Source: Escherichia coli
Lineage (GTDB): Bacteria; Pseudomonadota; Gammaproteobacteria; Enterobacterales; Enterobacteriaceae
Strand: one strand, 5' to 3'
Assembly: GCF_013315695.1 (NCBI RefSeq)
Contig: NZ_CP054353.1
Length of the DNA: 64,000 nt
Part shown: in pieces, positions 41,955-57,941 of the stretch
How positions within the stretch are numbered: position 1 is the first letter of the stretch
How the letters are laid out: each line of letters starts with the position of its first letter
Position numbers and translations under genes: made by a program
The notes under the pieces: model-generated
What the model was told of the DNA's origin: nothing
The model's database searches: none
Seen by the model: the letters and a program-made list of their open reading frames with translations, nothing else

Positions 41955-44615
41955 ATGAGTCAGCGAGGACTGGAAGCACTACTGCGACCAAAATCGATTG
42001 CGGTAATTGGCGCATCGATGAAACCCAATCGCGCAGGTTACCTGATGATGCGTAACCTGCTGGCGGGAGGCTTTAACGGACCGGTACTCCCGGTGACGCC
42101 TGCCTGGAAAGCAGTGTTGGGTGTGTTGGCCTGGCCGGATATTGCCAGCTTGCCCTTTACACCAGACCTTGCGGTTTTATGTACCAATGCCAGCCGTAAT
42201 CTTGCTCTTCTGGAAGAGCTCGGCGAGAAAGGCTGTAAAACCTGCATTATTCTTTCCGCCCCGTCATCGCAACACGAAGATCTCCGCGCCTGCGCCCTGC
42301 GCCATAACATGCGCCTGCTTGGACCAAACAGTCTGGGTTTACTGGCTCCCTGGCAAGGTCTGAATGCCAGCTTTTCGCCTGTGCCGATTAAACGCGGCAA
42401 GCTGGCGTTTATTTCGCAATCGGCTGCTGTCTCCAACACCATCCTCGACTGGGCGCAACAGCGTGAGATGGGCTTTTCCTACTTTATTGCGCTCGGCGAC
42501 AGCCTGGATATCGACGTTGATGAATTGCTCGACTATCTGGCACGCGACAGTAAAACCAGCGCCATCCTGCTCTATCTCGAACAGTTAAGCGACGCGCGAC
42601 GCTTTGTTTCGGCGGCCCGTAGTGCCTCGCGCAATAAACCGATTCTGGTGATTAAAAGCGGACGTAGCCCGGCGGCTCAACGTCTGTTGAACACCACGGC
42701 AGGAATGGATCCGGCGTGGGATGCGGCTATTCAGCGTGCCGGTTTGTTGCGGGTACAGGATACCCACGAACTGTTTTCGGCGGTGGAAACCCTTAGCCAT
42801 ATGCGCCCGCTGCGTGGTGACCGGTTGATGATTATCAGCAACGGTGCTGCGCCTGCCGCGCTGGCGCTGGATGCCTTATGGTCACGCAATGGCAAGCTGG
42901 CAACGCTAAGCGAAGAAACCTGCCAGAAACTGCGCGATGCACTGCCAGGACATGTGGCAATCTCTAACCCTCTCGATCTGCGCGATGACGCCAGCAGCGA
43001 GCATTATGTCAAAACGCTGGACATTCTGCTCCACAGCCAGGATTTTGATGCGCTGATGGTTATTCATTCGCCCAGCGCCGCTGCTCCCGCAACAGAAAGC
43101 GCGCAAGCATTAATTGAAGCGGTAAAGCATCATCCCCGCAGCAAGTATGTTTCTCTGCTGACGAACTGGTGTGGCGAGTACTCCTCGCAAGAGGCACGAC
43201 GATTATTCAGTGAAGCCGGGCTGCCGACCTATCGCACACCGGAAGGAACCATCACTGCTTTTATGCATATGGTGGAGTACCGGCGTAATCAGAAGCAACT
43301 ACGCGAAACGCCGGCGTTGCCCAGCAATCTGACCTCCAATACCGCAGAAGCGCATCTTCTGTTGCAACAGGCGATTGCCGAAGGGGCTACGTCGCTCGAT
43401 ACCCATGAAGTTCAGCCCATCCTGCAAGCGTATGGTATGAATACTCTCCCTACCTGGATTGCCAGTGATAGCACCGAAGCGGTACATATTGCCGAACAGA
43501 TTGGCTATCCGGTGGCACTGAAATTGCGCTCGCCGGATATTCCACATAAATCGGAAGTTCAGGGCGTCATGCTGTACCTGCGTACAGCCAATGAAGTCCA
43601 GCAAGCGGCAAACGCTATTTTCGATCGCGTAAAAATGGCCTGGCCGCAGGCGCGGGTCCACGGCCTGTTGGTGCAAAGTATGGCTAACCGTGCTGGCGCT
43701 CAGGAGTTGCGGGTTGTGGTTGAGTACGATCCGGTTTTCGGGCCGTTGATCATGCTGGGCGAAGGCGGTGTGGAGTGGCGTCCTGAAGATCAAGCCGTCG
43801 TCGCGTTACCACCGCTGAACATGAACCTGGCCCGCTATCTGGTTATTCAGGGGATCAAAAGTAAAAAGATTCGTGCGCGCAGTGCGCTACGCCCCTTGGA
43901 TGTTGCAGGCTTGAGCCAGCTTCTGGTACAGGTTTCCAACTTGATTGTCGATTGTCCGGAAATTCAACGGCTGGATATTCATCCTTTGCTGGCTTCTGGC
44001 AGTGAATTTACCGCGCTGGATGTCACGCTGGATATCGCGCCGTTTGAAGGTGATAACGAGAGCCGGCTGGCTGTGCGCCCTTATCCGCATCAGCTGGAAG
44101 AGTGGGTAGAATTGAAAAACGGTGAACGCTGCTTGTTCCGCCCGATTTTGCCAGAAGATGAGCCACAACTTCAGCAGTTCATTTCGCGAGTCACCAAAGA
44201 AGATCTTTATTACCGCTACTTTAGCGAGATCAACGAATTTACCCATGAAGATTTAGCCAACATGACGCAGATCGACTACGATCGGGAAATGGCTTTTGTG
44301 GCGGTACGACGTATTGATCAAACAGAAGAGATCCTTGGCGTCACGCGTGCGATCTCCGACCCTGATAACATCGATGCCGAATTTGCCGTGCTGGTTCGCT
44401 CGGATCTCAAAGGGTTAGGCTTAGGTCGACGCTTAATGGAAAAATTGATTACCTATACGCGAGATCACGGACTGCAACGTCTGAATGGTATTACGATGCC
44501 AAACAATCGTGGCATGGTGGCGCTGGCCCGCAAGCTCGGGTTTAACGTTGATATCCAGCTCGAAGAGGGGATCGTTGGGCTTACGCTAAATCTTGCCCAG
44601 CGCGAGGAATCATGA
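41955..44615 (+). CDS. patZ: protein lysine acetyltransferase (CoA-binding, ATP-grasp and GNAT domains)
   Basis: 886-aa ORF with N-terminal CoA-binding/succinyl-CoA-synthetase-like domains and C-terminal GNAT domain. Confidence 0.92.
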   Translation: MSQRGLEALLRPKSIAVIGASMKPNRAGYLMMRNLLAGGFNGPVLPVTPAWKAVLGVLAWPDIASLPFTPDLAVLCTNASRNLALLEELGEKGCKTCIILSAPSSQHEDLRACALRHNMRLLGPNSLGLLAPWQGLNASFSPVPIKRGKLAFISQSAAVSNTILDWAQQREMGFSYFIALGDSLDIDVDELLDYLARDSKTSAILLYLEQLSDARRFVSAARSASRNKPILVIKSGRSPAAQRLLNTTAGMDPAWDAAIQRAGLLRVQDTHELFSAVETLSHMRPLRGDRLMIISNGAAPAALALDALWSRNGKLATLSEETCQKLRDALPGHVAISNPLDLRDDASSEHYVKTLDILLHSQDFDALMVIHSPSAAAPATESAQALIEAVKHHPRSKYVSLLTNWCGEYSSQEARRLFSEAGLPTYRTPEGTITAFMHMVEYRRNQKQLRETPALPSNLTSNTAEAHLLLQQAIAEGATSLDTHEVQPILQAYGMNTLPTWIASDSTEAVHIAEQIGYPVALKLRSPDIPHKSEVQGVMLYLRTANEVQQAANAIFDRVKMAWPQARVHGLLVQSMANRAGAQELRVVVEYDPVFGPLIMLGEGGVEWRPEDQAVVALPPLNMNLARYLVIQGIKSKKIRARSALRPLDVAGLSQLLVQVSNLIVDCPEIQRLDIHPLLASGSEFTALDVTLDIAPFEGDNESRLAVRPYPHQLEEWVELKNGERCLFRPILPEDEPQLQQFISRVTKEDLYYRYFSEINEFTHEDLANMTQIDYDREMAFVAVRRIDQTEEILGVTRAISDPDNIDAEFAVLVRSDLKGLGLGRRLMEKLITYTRDHGLQRLNGITMPNNRGMVALARKLGFNVDIQLEEGIVGLTLNLAQREES

Positions 44616-44728
44616 GTAAGGTACTGGAAATGTTGACCACTTAATCGGGACTGGTGTTATTATTGCCCGCTTATGTCGTCTGCATTGCACAGAGGACCCT
44701 TCAATGAACAGAGAAGAAATGCACTGTG

Positions 44729-46084
44729 ATGTTGTCAAAATTTAAGCGTAATAAACATCAACAACACCTTGCCCAACTACCCAAGATTTCTCAATCAGTT
44801 GATGATGTCGATTTCTTTTACGCTCCCGCCGACTTCCGGGAGACGCTGCTGGAAAAAATAGCCAGCGCGAAGCAGCGCATTTGCATTGTCGCCCTGTATC
44901 TCGAACAGGATGACGGTGGCAAAGGCATTCTGAACGCGTTGTATGAGGCTAAAAGGCAGCGTCCGGAACTGGATGTACGGGTGCTGGTCGACTGGCATCG
45001 TGCACAACGTGGACGCATTGGCGCTGCGGCATCTAACACTAACGCTGACTGGTACTGCCGCATGGCGCAGGAAAATCCGGGCGTAGATGTTCCGGTTTAT
45101 GGCGTTCCAATCAATACCCGTGAAGCCCTTGGTGTTCTGCACTTTAAAGGCTTTATCATCGACGATAGCGTACTTTATAGCGGTGCCAGCCTGAACGATG
45201 TTTACCTGCATCAGCACGATAAATATCGCTACGACCGTTATCATCTGATCCGTAACCGTAAGATGTCAGACATTATGTTTGAATGGGTTACACAGAATAT
45301 TATGAATGGCCGCGGCGTTAATCGTCTGGATGATGTTAATCGGCCAAAAAGCCCGGAAATCAAGAACGACATTCGCCTGTTCCGCCAGGAGCTGCGTGAT
45401 GCCGCTTATCATTTCCAGGGCGATGCCGACAACGATCAGCTTTCCGTAACGCCGCTAGTGGGGCTGGGGAAATCGAGTCTGTTGAACAAGACCATTTTCC
45501 ATCTTATGCCTTGTGCCGAGCAGAAACTAACCATCTGTACGCCATACTTCAACCTGCCAGCAATCCTTGTGCGCAATATTATCCAGTTGCTGCGCGAAGG
45601 GAAAAAGGTCGAAATTATTGTTGGTGATAAAACCGCGAATGACTTCTACATTCCGGAAGATGAACCTTTCAAGATAATTGGCGCATTGCCTTATCTCTAT
45701 GAGATCAATCTGCGTCGTTTCCTGAGCCGTTTGCAGTATTACGTCAATACTGACCAGTTAGTGGTTCGGTTATGGAAAGACGACGACAACACCTATCACC
45801 TGAAAGGGATGTGGGTTGATGATAAGTGGATGCTGGTAACCGGCAATAACCTGAACCCGCGCGCCTGGCGTCTGGATCTGGAAAACGCCATTTTGATCCA
45901 CGATCCACAACTGGAGCTTGCGCCGCAGCGAGAGAAAGAACTGGAGCTGATCCGCGAGCATACCACCATCGTTAAGCACTATCGCGATCTGCAAAGTATT
46001 GCCGATTATCCGGTGAAGGTTCGTAAACTCATCCGCCGTTTGCGCCGTATCCGCATCGACCGATTAATTAGCCGCATCCTGTAA
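44729..46084 (+). CDS. pssA: CDP-diacylglycerol--serine O-phosphatidyltransferase
   Basis: 451 aa from MLSKFKRNKHQQHLAQLPKISQ; PLD-like HKD motifs. Confidence 0.95.
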   Translation: MLSKFKRNKHQQHLAQLPKISQSVDDVDFFYAPADFRETLLEKIASAKQRICIVALYLEQDDGGKGILNALYEAKRQRPELDVRVLVDWHRAQRGRIGAAASNTNADWYCRMAQENPGVDVPVYGVPINTREALGVLHFKGFIIDDSVLYSGASLNDVYLHQHDKYRYDRYHLIRNRKMSDIMFEWVTQNIMNGRGVNRLDDVNRPKSPEIKNDIRLFRQELRDAAYHFQGDADNDQLSVTPLVGLGKSSLLNKTIFHLMPCAEQKLTICTPYFNLPAILVRNIIQLLREGKKVEIIVGDKTANDFYIPEDEPFKIIGALPYLYEINLRRFLSRLQYYVNTDQLVVRLWKDDDNTYHLKGMWVDDKWMLVTGNNLNPRAWRLDLENAILIHDPQLELAPQREKELELIREHTTIVKHYRDLQSIADYPVKVRKLIRRLRRIRIDRLISRIL

Positions 46085-46129
46085 TCACAACCCCGTCCTG
46101 TACGGGGTTTGTTTTTTGGAGGCCACGTT

Positions 46130-46453
46130 TTGCGTATTCTTTTTGTCTGTTCGCTATTGTTACTTTCTGGATGCAGCCATATGGCTAACGATAGCTGGAG
46201 CGGGCAGGATAAAGCTCAACACTTTATCGCCTCGGCGATGCTTTCCGCCGCCGGAAATGAATATTCACAGCATCAGGGGATGAGCCGGGATCGCAGTGCC
46301 ATGTTTGGATTGATGTTCTCTGTCAGTTTGGGGGCGTCAAAAGAGCTTTGGGATAGCCGCCCCGAAGGGAGCGGCTGGAGCTGGAAGGATTTGGCCTGGG
46401 ATGTCGCAGGTGCAAGCACCGGCTATACCGTCTGGCAACTGACCCGTCACTAA
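46130..46453 (+). CDS. yfiM: lipoprotein YfiM
   Basis: Probable TTG start at 46130 with GGAGG 8 nt upstream (107 aa); lipobox LLLSGC. The track ORF (from 46109) begins inside the pssA terminator hairpin. Confidence 0.7.
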
Positions 46454-47748
46454 AGACGCATCCCCTTCCCTTTGCGATGTAGCATCAAAGAAACCAGAAA
46501 CGCCACCACGGCCATCAAGGTCACATACCAGAAGAAGGCTGTTTCCATTCCTATTGATTTCAGCGACAACGCTACGTACTCCGCCGAACCACCAAATATA
46601 GCATTAGCGACCGCATATGACAGACCAACGCCTAATGCGCGAACCTGTGCCGGGAACATCTCAGCCTTCAGTATTCCACTGATTGATGTATAAAAACTCA
46701 CTATCAGCAGGGCACACATCACCAGACCAAAAGCGGCATAAGGCGAGGAAACGTTTTGCAATGCTGAGAGAATAGGAACGGTAAAAATGGCTGCCAGCGA
46801 ACCGAAACATAACATTGAGGTACGGCGACCAATCTTATCCGACAGCGCGCCAATGAGTGGTTGAATAAGCATGAATACAAACAATGCGGCAGTCATAATG
46901 CCACTCGCCACGTTGGCATGCATTCCCGCAGTATTTACCAGATACTTCTGCATATAAGTGGTGAAGGTATAGAAACAAAGGGAGCCCGCAGCGGTAAAAC
47001 CGAGAACCATGATGAATGCACGGCGATTGCGCCATAATCCTTTCAGAGATCCAGCTTCTTTTAAAGCGCGCGTTTCTTGTTGTGAAGTTTCATCTAACTG
47101 ACGACGTAACCACAACGCCACAACAGCTAACACAGCTCCTAACGCGAAAGGAATACGCCATCCCCACTCTCTGAGTGCAGCGTCTTCCATGGTGTGTTGT
47201 AAAACCACGACAACCAGTAGAGCTAGCAGTTGCCCGCCGATCAACGTCACATACTGAAATGATGCGTAAAAACCTTTGCGCCCTTCAACGGCAACTTCAC
47301 TCATATAGGTGGCGCTGGTGCCATATTCTCCGCCAACGGATAATCCCTGGAATAAACGAGCAAGAAGCAATAATGCCGGAGCCCAGGTACCGATTGTTTC
47401 GTAGCCTGGCAAACAGGCGATAACCAGTGAGCCGAAACACATCATACACACCGATAATAGCATCGATTTTTTGCGACCATGTTTATCGGCTATGCGGCCA
47501 AATAGCCAACCGCCTATTGGGCGCATCAGAAATCCCGCAGCAAAAACACCTGCTGTTTGTAGTAGTTGAGTCGTCGTGTTCCCGGAAGGGAAGAAGATGT
47601 GGGCAAAGTAGAGTGAACAGAACGAGTAGACATAGAAATCGAACCACTCGACCAGATTACCTGAAGAGGCCCCCACAATCGCCCAAATGCGGCGACGAGT
47701 ATCACTACTTGTCAGTTTTCTGTCTGCCGTTACAGTACTTTCAGCCAT
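46450..47748 (-). CDS. kgtP: alpha-ketoglutarate:proton symporter (MFS)
   Basis: 432 aa, 12-TM MFS transporter. Confidence 0.95.
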
Positions 47749-47927
47749 GCCATTATGTCTCCTGCCGTAATCCGATGCTTTTGTCGGTCACTTTTGTTTA
47801 TTTCTTTTGGTAAAGAAAATGTTATGCATTTGTTGCGTATCATTATGCAACCTTAACCATGAATTTAGTTAGCAGGAAAATGGTTATTGAGGAGCTTAAG
47901 GATAAATTTCTGGTAAGGAGGACACGT

Positions 47928-47990
47928 ATGGAAGTAGGCAAGTTGGGGAAACCGTATCCGTTGCTGAATCTGGCATATGTGGGAGTATAA
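47928..47990 (+). CDS. candidate small ORF (20 aa: MEVGKLGKPYPLLNLAYVGV)
   Basis: ATG at 47928 preceded by a near-perfect Shine-Dalgarno AAGGAGG (47915..47921) with 6-nt spacing; TAA stop at 47988; lies between kgtP and the rRNA operon terminator. Not a gene I recognise. Confidence 0.25.
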   Translation: MEVGKLGKPYPLLNLAYVGV

Positions 47991-48030
47991 GACGCGCAGC
48001 ATCGCATCAGGCATTTTTTTCTGCACCAAT

Positions 48031-48062
48031 GCAAAAAGGCCATCCTGACGGATGGCCTTCTG
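48031..48062 (-). terminator. rRNA operon terminator
   Basis: Minus-strand hairpin AAGGCCATCCGTCAGGATGGCCTT followed by a T-run, immediately downstream of the 5S gene. Confidence 0.65.
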
Positions 48063-48071
48063 CTTAATTTG

Positions 48072-48191
48072 ATGCCTGGCAGTTCCCTACTCTCGCATGG
48101 GGAGACCCCACACTACCATCGGCGCTACGGCGTTTCACTTCTGAGTTCGGCATGGGGTCAGGTGGGACCACCGCGCTAAGGCCGCCAGGCA
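48072..48191 (-). rRNA. rrf: 5S ribosomal RNA
   Basis: 120 nt whose reverse complement is TGCCTGGCGGC...GGAACTGCCAGGCAT, the canonical E. coli 5S sequence. Confidence 0.97.
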
Positions 48192-48285
48192 AATTCTGTT
48201 TATCAGACCACTTCTGCGTTCTGATTTAATCTGTTATCAAGCTTACTTATCGATGTCTCTTCCGCCAAAACATCTTCGGCGTTGT

Positions 48286-51190
<2,905 letters not shown>

Positions 51191-51383
51191 CACAACCCGA
51201 AGATGTTTCTTTCGACTCATCATCGTGTTGCGAAAATTTGAGAGACTCACGAACAACTTTCGTTGTTCAGTGTTTCAATTTTCAGCTTGATCCAGATTTT
51301 TAAAGAGCAAATATCTTAAACATGACTCGTAAGTCATCTTTAACGATATTAAGGTCGGTGACTTTCACTCACAAACCAGCAAG

Positions 51384-51459
51384 TGGCGTCCCCTAGGGGA
51401 TTCGAACCCCTGTTACCGCCGTGAAAGGGCGGTGTCCTGGGCCTCTAGACGAAGGGGAC
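51384..51459 (-). tRNA. tRNA-Glu in the 16S-23S spacer
   Basis: Reverse complement is GTCCCCTTCGTCTAGAGGCCCAGGACACCGCCCTTTCACGGCGGTAACAGGGGTTCGAATCCCCTAGGGGACGCCA (76 nt). Confidence 0.97.
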
Positions 51460-51545
51460 GTATCAGTCTGCTTCGCAAGACGCCTTGCTTTTCACTTTCT
51501 ATCAGACAATCTGTGTGAGCACTTCAAAGTACGCTTCTTTAAGGT

Positions 51546-53086
<1,541 letters not shown>

Positions 53087-53267
53087 AAAAGTTTGATGCT
53101 CAAAGAATTAAACTTCGTAATGAATTACGTGTTCACTCTTGAGACTTGGTATTCATTTTTCGTCTTGCGACGTTAAGAATCCGTATCTTCGAGTGCCCAC
53201 ACAGATTGTCTGATAAATTGTTAAAGAGCAGTGCCGCTTCGCTTTTTCTCAGCGGCGCGGGGTGTGC

Positions 53268-53414
53268 ATAATACGCTTTCCCGCTACAGAGTCAAGCATT
53301 TATTTTTGCTTTCTCTGCCGGAATTCTCAGGAGAACCCCGCTGACCCGGCGGCGTGTTTGCCGTTGTTCCGTGTCAGTGGTGGCGCATTATAGGGAGTTA
53401 TTCCGGCCTGACAA
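53268..53414 (-). promoter_or_regulatory. rRNA operon tandem promoters P1 and P2
   Basis: Minus strand: P1 TTGTCA-N16-TATAAT (53387..53414) followed by the GCGC discriminator; P2 TTGACT-N16-TATTAT (53268..53295); AT-rich UP region upstream of P1. Confidence 0.7.
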
Positions 53415-53498
53415 GAGGAAAATATAAAAACTTTATCGTTCGCTCATTTTTCAGGCAAAACATCTTAAATATAGTCTTTCCCGTCTAACTTATAGACA

Positions 53499-53525
53499 AA
53501 AACGAGCCCCGAAGGGCTCGTTTTA
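53499..53525 (-). terminator. clpB terminator
   Basis: Hairpin AAAACGAGCCCCGAAGGGCTCGTTTT directly after the clpB stop; palindromic, so potentially bidirectional. Confidence 0.6.
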
Positions 53526-53529
53526 TCAT

Positions 53530-56103
53530 TTACTGGACGGCGACAATCCGGTCTTCATTAACTTCCAGGCGAATCACTTTACCCGGAACCAATTCACCAG
53601 ACAGTATTTGCTGTGCCAGCGGGTTTTCGATCTGCTGCTGAATTGCACGTTTCAGAGGACGTGCACCATAGACCGGATCGTAACCGTTCTCGCTCAGCAG
53701 TTTCAGCGCCTCGTCAGAAATGTGGATTTCATAACCACGTTCTTCCAGACGTTTATACAGACGTTTCAACTGAATCTGCGCAATCGACGCAATGTGCTGT
53801 TCACCCAGCGGATGGAAGACCACCACTTCATCGATACGGTTAATGAATTCCGGACGGAAGTTATGGCTTACCACACCGAGCACCAGCTCTTTCATGTGCG
53901 CATAATCCAGTTCACCGAAGCGTTCCTGAATCAAATCGGAACCGAGGTTAGAGGTCATAATGACAACCGTATTACGGAAGTCGACCGTTCTCCCCTGCCC
54001 GTCAGTCAGACGCCCATCATCCAATACCTGCAACAGAATGTTGAAGACATCCGGATGCGCTTTTTCCACTTCATCCAGCAGGATGACGGAATACGGACGA
54101 CGACGCACCGCTTCGGTCAGGTAGCCACCTTCTTCATAACCGACATATCCCGGAGGCGCACCAACCAGACGAGACACCGAGTGTTTCTCCATAAACTCGG
54201 ACATATCGATACGGACCATCGCCTCGTCGCTATCAAACATAAAGTTCGCCAGCGCCTTACAAAGCTCAGTTTTCCCCACACCCGTTGGGCCGAGGAACAG
54301 GAATGAACCAATCGGGCGATTTGGATCCGCCAGCCCCGCACGGCTACGACGAATAGCGTTAGATACCGCATCAACCGCTTCGTTCTGACCAATAACGCGA
54401 TGGTGCAGTTCTTGCTCCATACGCAGCAGTTTTTCGCGCTCGCTTTCCATCATGCGAGAAACCGGAATCCCCGTCCAACGCGCCAGCACTTCAGCAATTT
54501 CGGCATCGGTCACTTTATTACGCAACAGACGCATAGTTTTGCCTTCGAGCTGCGTTGCGGCTTCCAGTTGCTTTTCCAGTTCCGGGATTTTGCCGTATTG
54601 CAGTTCAGACATCCGCGCCAGGTCACCCACACGGCGAGCCTGTTCAATAGCGATTTTCGCCTGTTCCAGTTCCGCTTTAATGGTCTGCGTACCAGAAAGC
54701 GATGCTTTCTCTGCTTTCCACTCTTCTTCTAACTCGGAGTACTGACGTTCTTTGTCGCTCAGTTCTTCGTTGAGCATATCCAGGCGTTTTTTACTGGCTT
54801 CATCAGACTCTTTCATTAACGCCTGTTGTTCCAGTTTGAGCTGGATGATACGGCGATCGAGTCGGTCGAGTTCTTCTGGTTTTGAGTCAATCTGCATACG
54901 AATGCTGGATGCTGCTTCATCGATCAGGTCGATGGCTTTATCTGGCAGCTGACGGTCAGCAATGTAGCGATGAGACAACGTCGCCGCTGCAACAATTGCC
55001 GGGTCAGTAATTTGCACATGGTGGTGCAATTCGTAACGTTCTTTCAGGCCACGCAGAATCGCAATGGTATCTTCAACAGAAGGCTCGGCAACAAACACTT
55101 TTTGGAAACGACGTTCCAGCGCAGCATCTTTTTCGATGTACTGGCGATATTCGTCAAGCGTCGTGGCACCTACGCAGTGCAATTCACCACGCGCCAGCGC
55201 CGGTTTCAGCATGTTTCCGGCGTCCATTGCGCCATCGGCTTTACCCGCGCCGACCATGGTATGTAATTCGTCGATAAACAGGATGACGTTGCCTTCCTGT
55301 TTGGCAAGATCGTTAAGTACGCCTTTTAAACGTTCTTCAAACTCACCGCGATATTTCGCCCCAGCCACCAGCGCGCCCATATCCAGCGCCAGTACGCGGC
55401 GGCCTTTCAACCCTTCGGGCACTTCGCCGTTGATAATACGCTGCGCCAGACCTTCAACGATGGCAGTCTTACCGACGCCGGGTTCACCAATCAGTACCGG
55501 GTTATTTTTAGTACGACGTTGCAGCACCTGAATGGTACGGCGAATTTCTTCATCACGACCAATCACCGGATCGAGTTTACCCTGTTCGGCTCGTTCGGTA
55601 AGGTCGATGGTATATTTTTTCAAAGCCTGACGTTGGTCTTCAGCACCTTGATCGTTCACGCTTTCACCTCCACGCATTTGTTCAATCGCTTGAGTAATGT
55701 TGGCGGTGGTCGCCCCTGCTGCTTTCAGGATGTCGGCCAGCGTGCCGCGAGACTCAAGTGCCGCCAGAACGAACAGTTCTGACGAGATAAAGTTATCACC
55801 ACGTTTTTGCGCCAGCTTGTCGCAAAGATTAAGAACGCGCACCAGATCCTGTGATGGCTGGACATCACCACCAGTACCTTCAACCTGCGGTAAACGATTT
55901 AATGCCTGATTGATATCTGTGCGCAACTGGCCAGCATTTATGCCAGCGGATGTTAATAAAGGACTAACCGAACCCCCTTCCTGATTCAGCAGGGCGCTCA
56001 TTAAATGAAGTGGTTCGATGAATTGGTTGTCGTGCCCGAGTGCAAGTGATTGGGCATCGGCAAGAGCAAGCTGGAATTTATTAGTAAGACGATCCAGACG
56101 CAT
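53530..56103 (-). CDS. clpB: ClpB disaggregase chaperone (AAA+)
   Basis: 857 aa from [18 protein letters not shown]; two AAA+ modules with Walker A/B and a coiled-coil middle domain. Confidence 0.97.
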
Positions 56104-56141
56104 AACTCCTCCCATAACGGATCAAAGTTGCTACTGGAGAT

Positions 56142-56171
56142 TAAATGAGGTCATCCCTCAATTATTCAAGG
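56142..56171 (-). promoter_or_regulatory. sigma32 heat-shock promoter of clpB
   Basis: Minus-strand CTTGAA-N14-CCTCATTTA, matching the sigma32 consensus (CTTGAA / CCCCATnT) upstream of clpB. Confidence 0.55.
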
Positions 56172-56232
56172 TTATTGACCAGATTAATGTGAAAAGAAAA
56201 TCACGCGTACCGGATCGTCTTGATTCTTTAGG

Positions 56233-56964
56233 TTATATCAGCCAAATGAAACTTGCCATACGACCGGTGGTCTTGTCGCGACGATAAGAGAAGAAAGTCT
56301 CATTTTCCGTATATGTACAACGGCCGCCGCCGAAAATTTGTTCAACGCCAACGCTCGCCAGACGCTGTCGGGCAAGGAGATAAATATCCGCCAGATACTT
56401 ATCACCATGCTGAATGAAAGCTGTACTCGCTTTGGCGTCTACTGCCATAAACGCCTCGCGAACCTCCGCCCCCACTTCAAACGCGCGTGGACCAATTGCC
56501 GGCCCTAACCAGGCGAGAATATTTTCCGGATTATCAGCAAAACAAGAAACCGTCTCTTCCAGCACGCCAGAACACAGCCCGCGCCAGCCTGCATGAGCGG
56601 CGGCAACTTCCGTTCCCGTACGATTGCAAAACAGCACAGGGAGGCAGTCAGCCGTCATCACTGCGCAAACCGTGCCGGGCGTATTGCTATAAGAGGCATC
56701 AGCTCGTTTTGAGGCATAAGGTTCGCCAGTAAGCTTAAGCACATCTTTGCCGTGTACCTGCTCAAGCCAGACCGGTTTTGAAGGCAAATTGCCCGCAGCA
56801 AAAAGTCGCTTGCGATTCTCTTCAACGTGATCCGGGTTATCGCCACAATGGGCACCGAGGTTGAGCGAGTCATACGGGGGCAAGCTCACGCCGCCGATAC
56901 GAGTAGAGCTACAAGCCGCAACACCTTTTGGCAGCGGCCACTGCGGGACAATCAGCTTACTCAT
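56233..56964 (-). CDS. yfiH: polyphenol oxidase-like / purine nucleoside phosphorylase-like protein (DUF152)
   Basis: 243-aa ORF; conserved partner of rluD. Also known as pgeF. Confidence 0.9.
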   Translation of the reverse strand: MSKLIVPQWPLPKGVAACSSTRIGGVSLPPYDSLNLGAHCGDNPDHVEENRKRLFAAGNLPSKPVWLEQVHGKDVLKLTGEPYASKRADASYSNTPGTVCAVMTADCLPVLFCNRTGTEVAAAHAGWRGLCSGVLEETVSCFADNPENILAWLGPAIGPRAFEVGAEVREAFMAVDAKASTAFIQHGDKYLADIYLLARQRLASVGVEQIFGGGRCTYTENETFFSYRRDKTTGRMASFIWLI

Positions 56965-57941
56965 AACCAGTCCACTTCATCTTTATGCTCTTCGAAATCG
57001 GCGCGCATCACCTCAATCAGCTCCACCATATCTTGTGGAATAGGCGCATGCCATTCCATTTCGATACCGGAGATCGGGTGATAAAGACGCAGCATGGTTG
57101 CATGAAGCGCCTGGCGGTCAAATTTACGCAGCGTGGAGATAAACGCTTCCGAAGCACCTTTTGGCGGACGCGGACGGCCACCATAAACCGGATCGCCCAC
57201 CAGCGGATGAGTGATATGGGCCATATGCACGCGGATCTGGTGCGTACGTCCAGTTTCCAGACGCAACCGCAGACGCGTGTGCACACGGAAGTGTTCCATG
57301 ATGCGATAGTGAGTCACCGCTGGTTTGCCCATCGGATGCACCGCCATGTGAGTACGTTTGGTCGGGTGGCGACTGATTGGCTCATCCACCGTACCACCAG
57401 CGGTCATATGACCAATTGCGACAGCTTCATACTCACGAGTAATTTCACGCCGTTGCAAAGATTCGACTAAACGCGTCTGAGCCGGAACGGTTTTTGCCAC
57501 AACCATCAGGCCAGTGGTGTCTTTATCCAGACGATGGACGATGCCCGCACGCGGTACATCGGCAATGGGCGGATAATAATGAAGCAATGCATTCAGTACC
57601 GTGCCATCCGGGTTACCCGCGCCAGGATGTACCACCAGGTCGCGTGGTTTATTAATGACGATGATATCTTCATCTTCATAGACGATATCCAGCGGGATAT
57701 CCTGCGGTTCAAAACGCGCTTCTTCTTCAATCTCAGCGTTGATGGCCACCTGCTCGCCACCCAATACTTTTTCTTTCGGCTTATCACAAACTTTGCCGTT
57801 AACCAGCACGCGCTGGTCGAGGATCCATTCTTTTATCCGCGAACGTGAATAATCCGGGAACATTTCGGCCAAAGCCTGATCTAAGCGTTGACCGAGTTGG
57901 TTTTCGGACACCGTTGCAGTGAGCTGTACTCGTTGTGCCAT
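56961..57941 (-). CDS. rluD: 23S rRNA pseudouridine synthase D
   Basis: 326 aa with S4 domain and RluA-family catalytic motif (HRLDKDTTGL); stop overlaps the yfiH start. Confidence 0.95.
   Translation of the reverse strand: MAQRVQLTATVSENQLGQRLDQALAEMFPDYSRSRIKEWILDQRVLVNGKVCDKPKEKVLGGEQVAINAEIEEEARFEPQDIPLDIVYEDEDIIVINKPRDLVVHPGAGNPDGTVLNALLHYYPPIADVPRAGIVHRLDKDTTGLMVVAKTVPAQTRLVESLQRREITREYEAVAIGHMTAGGTVDEPISRHPTKRTHMAVHPMGKPAVTHYRIMEHFRVHTRLRLRLETGRTHQIRVHMAHITHPLVGDPVYGGRPRPPKGASEAFISTLRKFDRQALHATMLRLYHPISGIEMEWHAPIPQDMVELIEVMRADFEEHKDEVDWL

Noticed and set aside
47843-48043. 66-aa minus-strand ORF between kgtP and the 5S gene
   Set aside because: No Shine-Dalgarno, overlaps the rRNA terminator hairpin, and is antisense to the better-supported 20-codon candidate.
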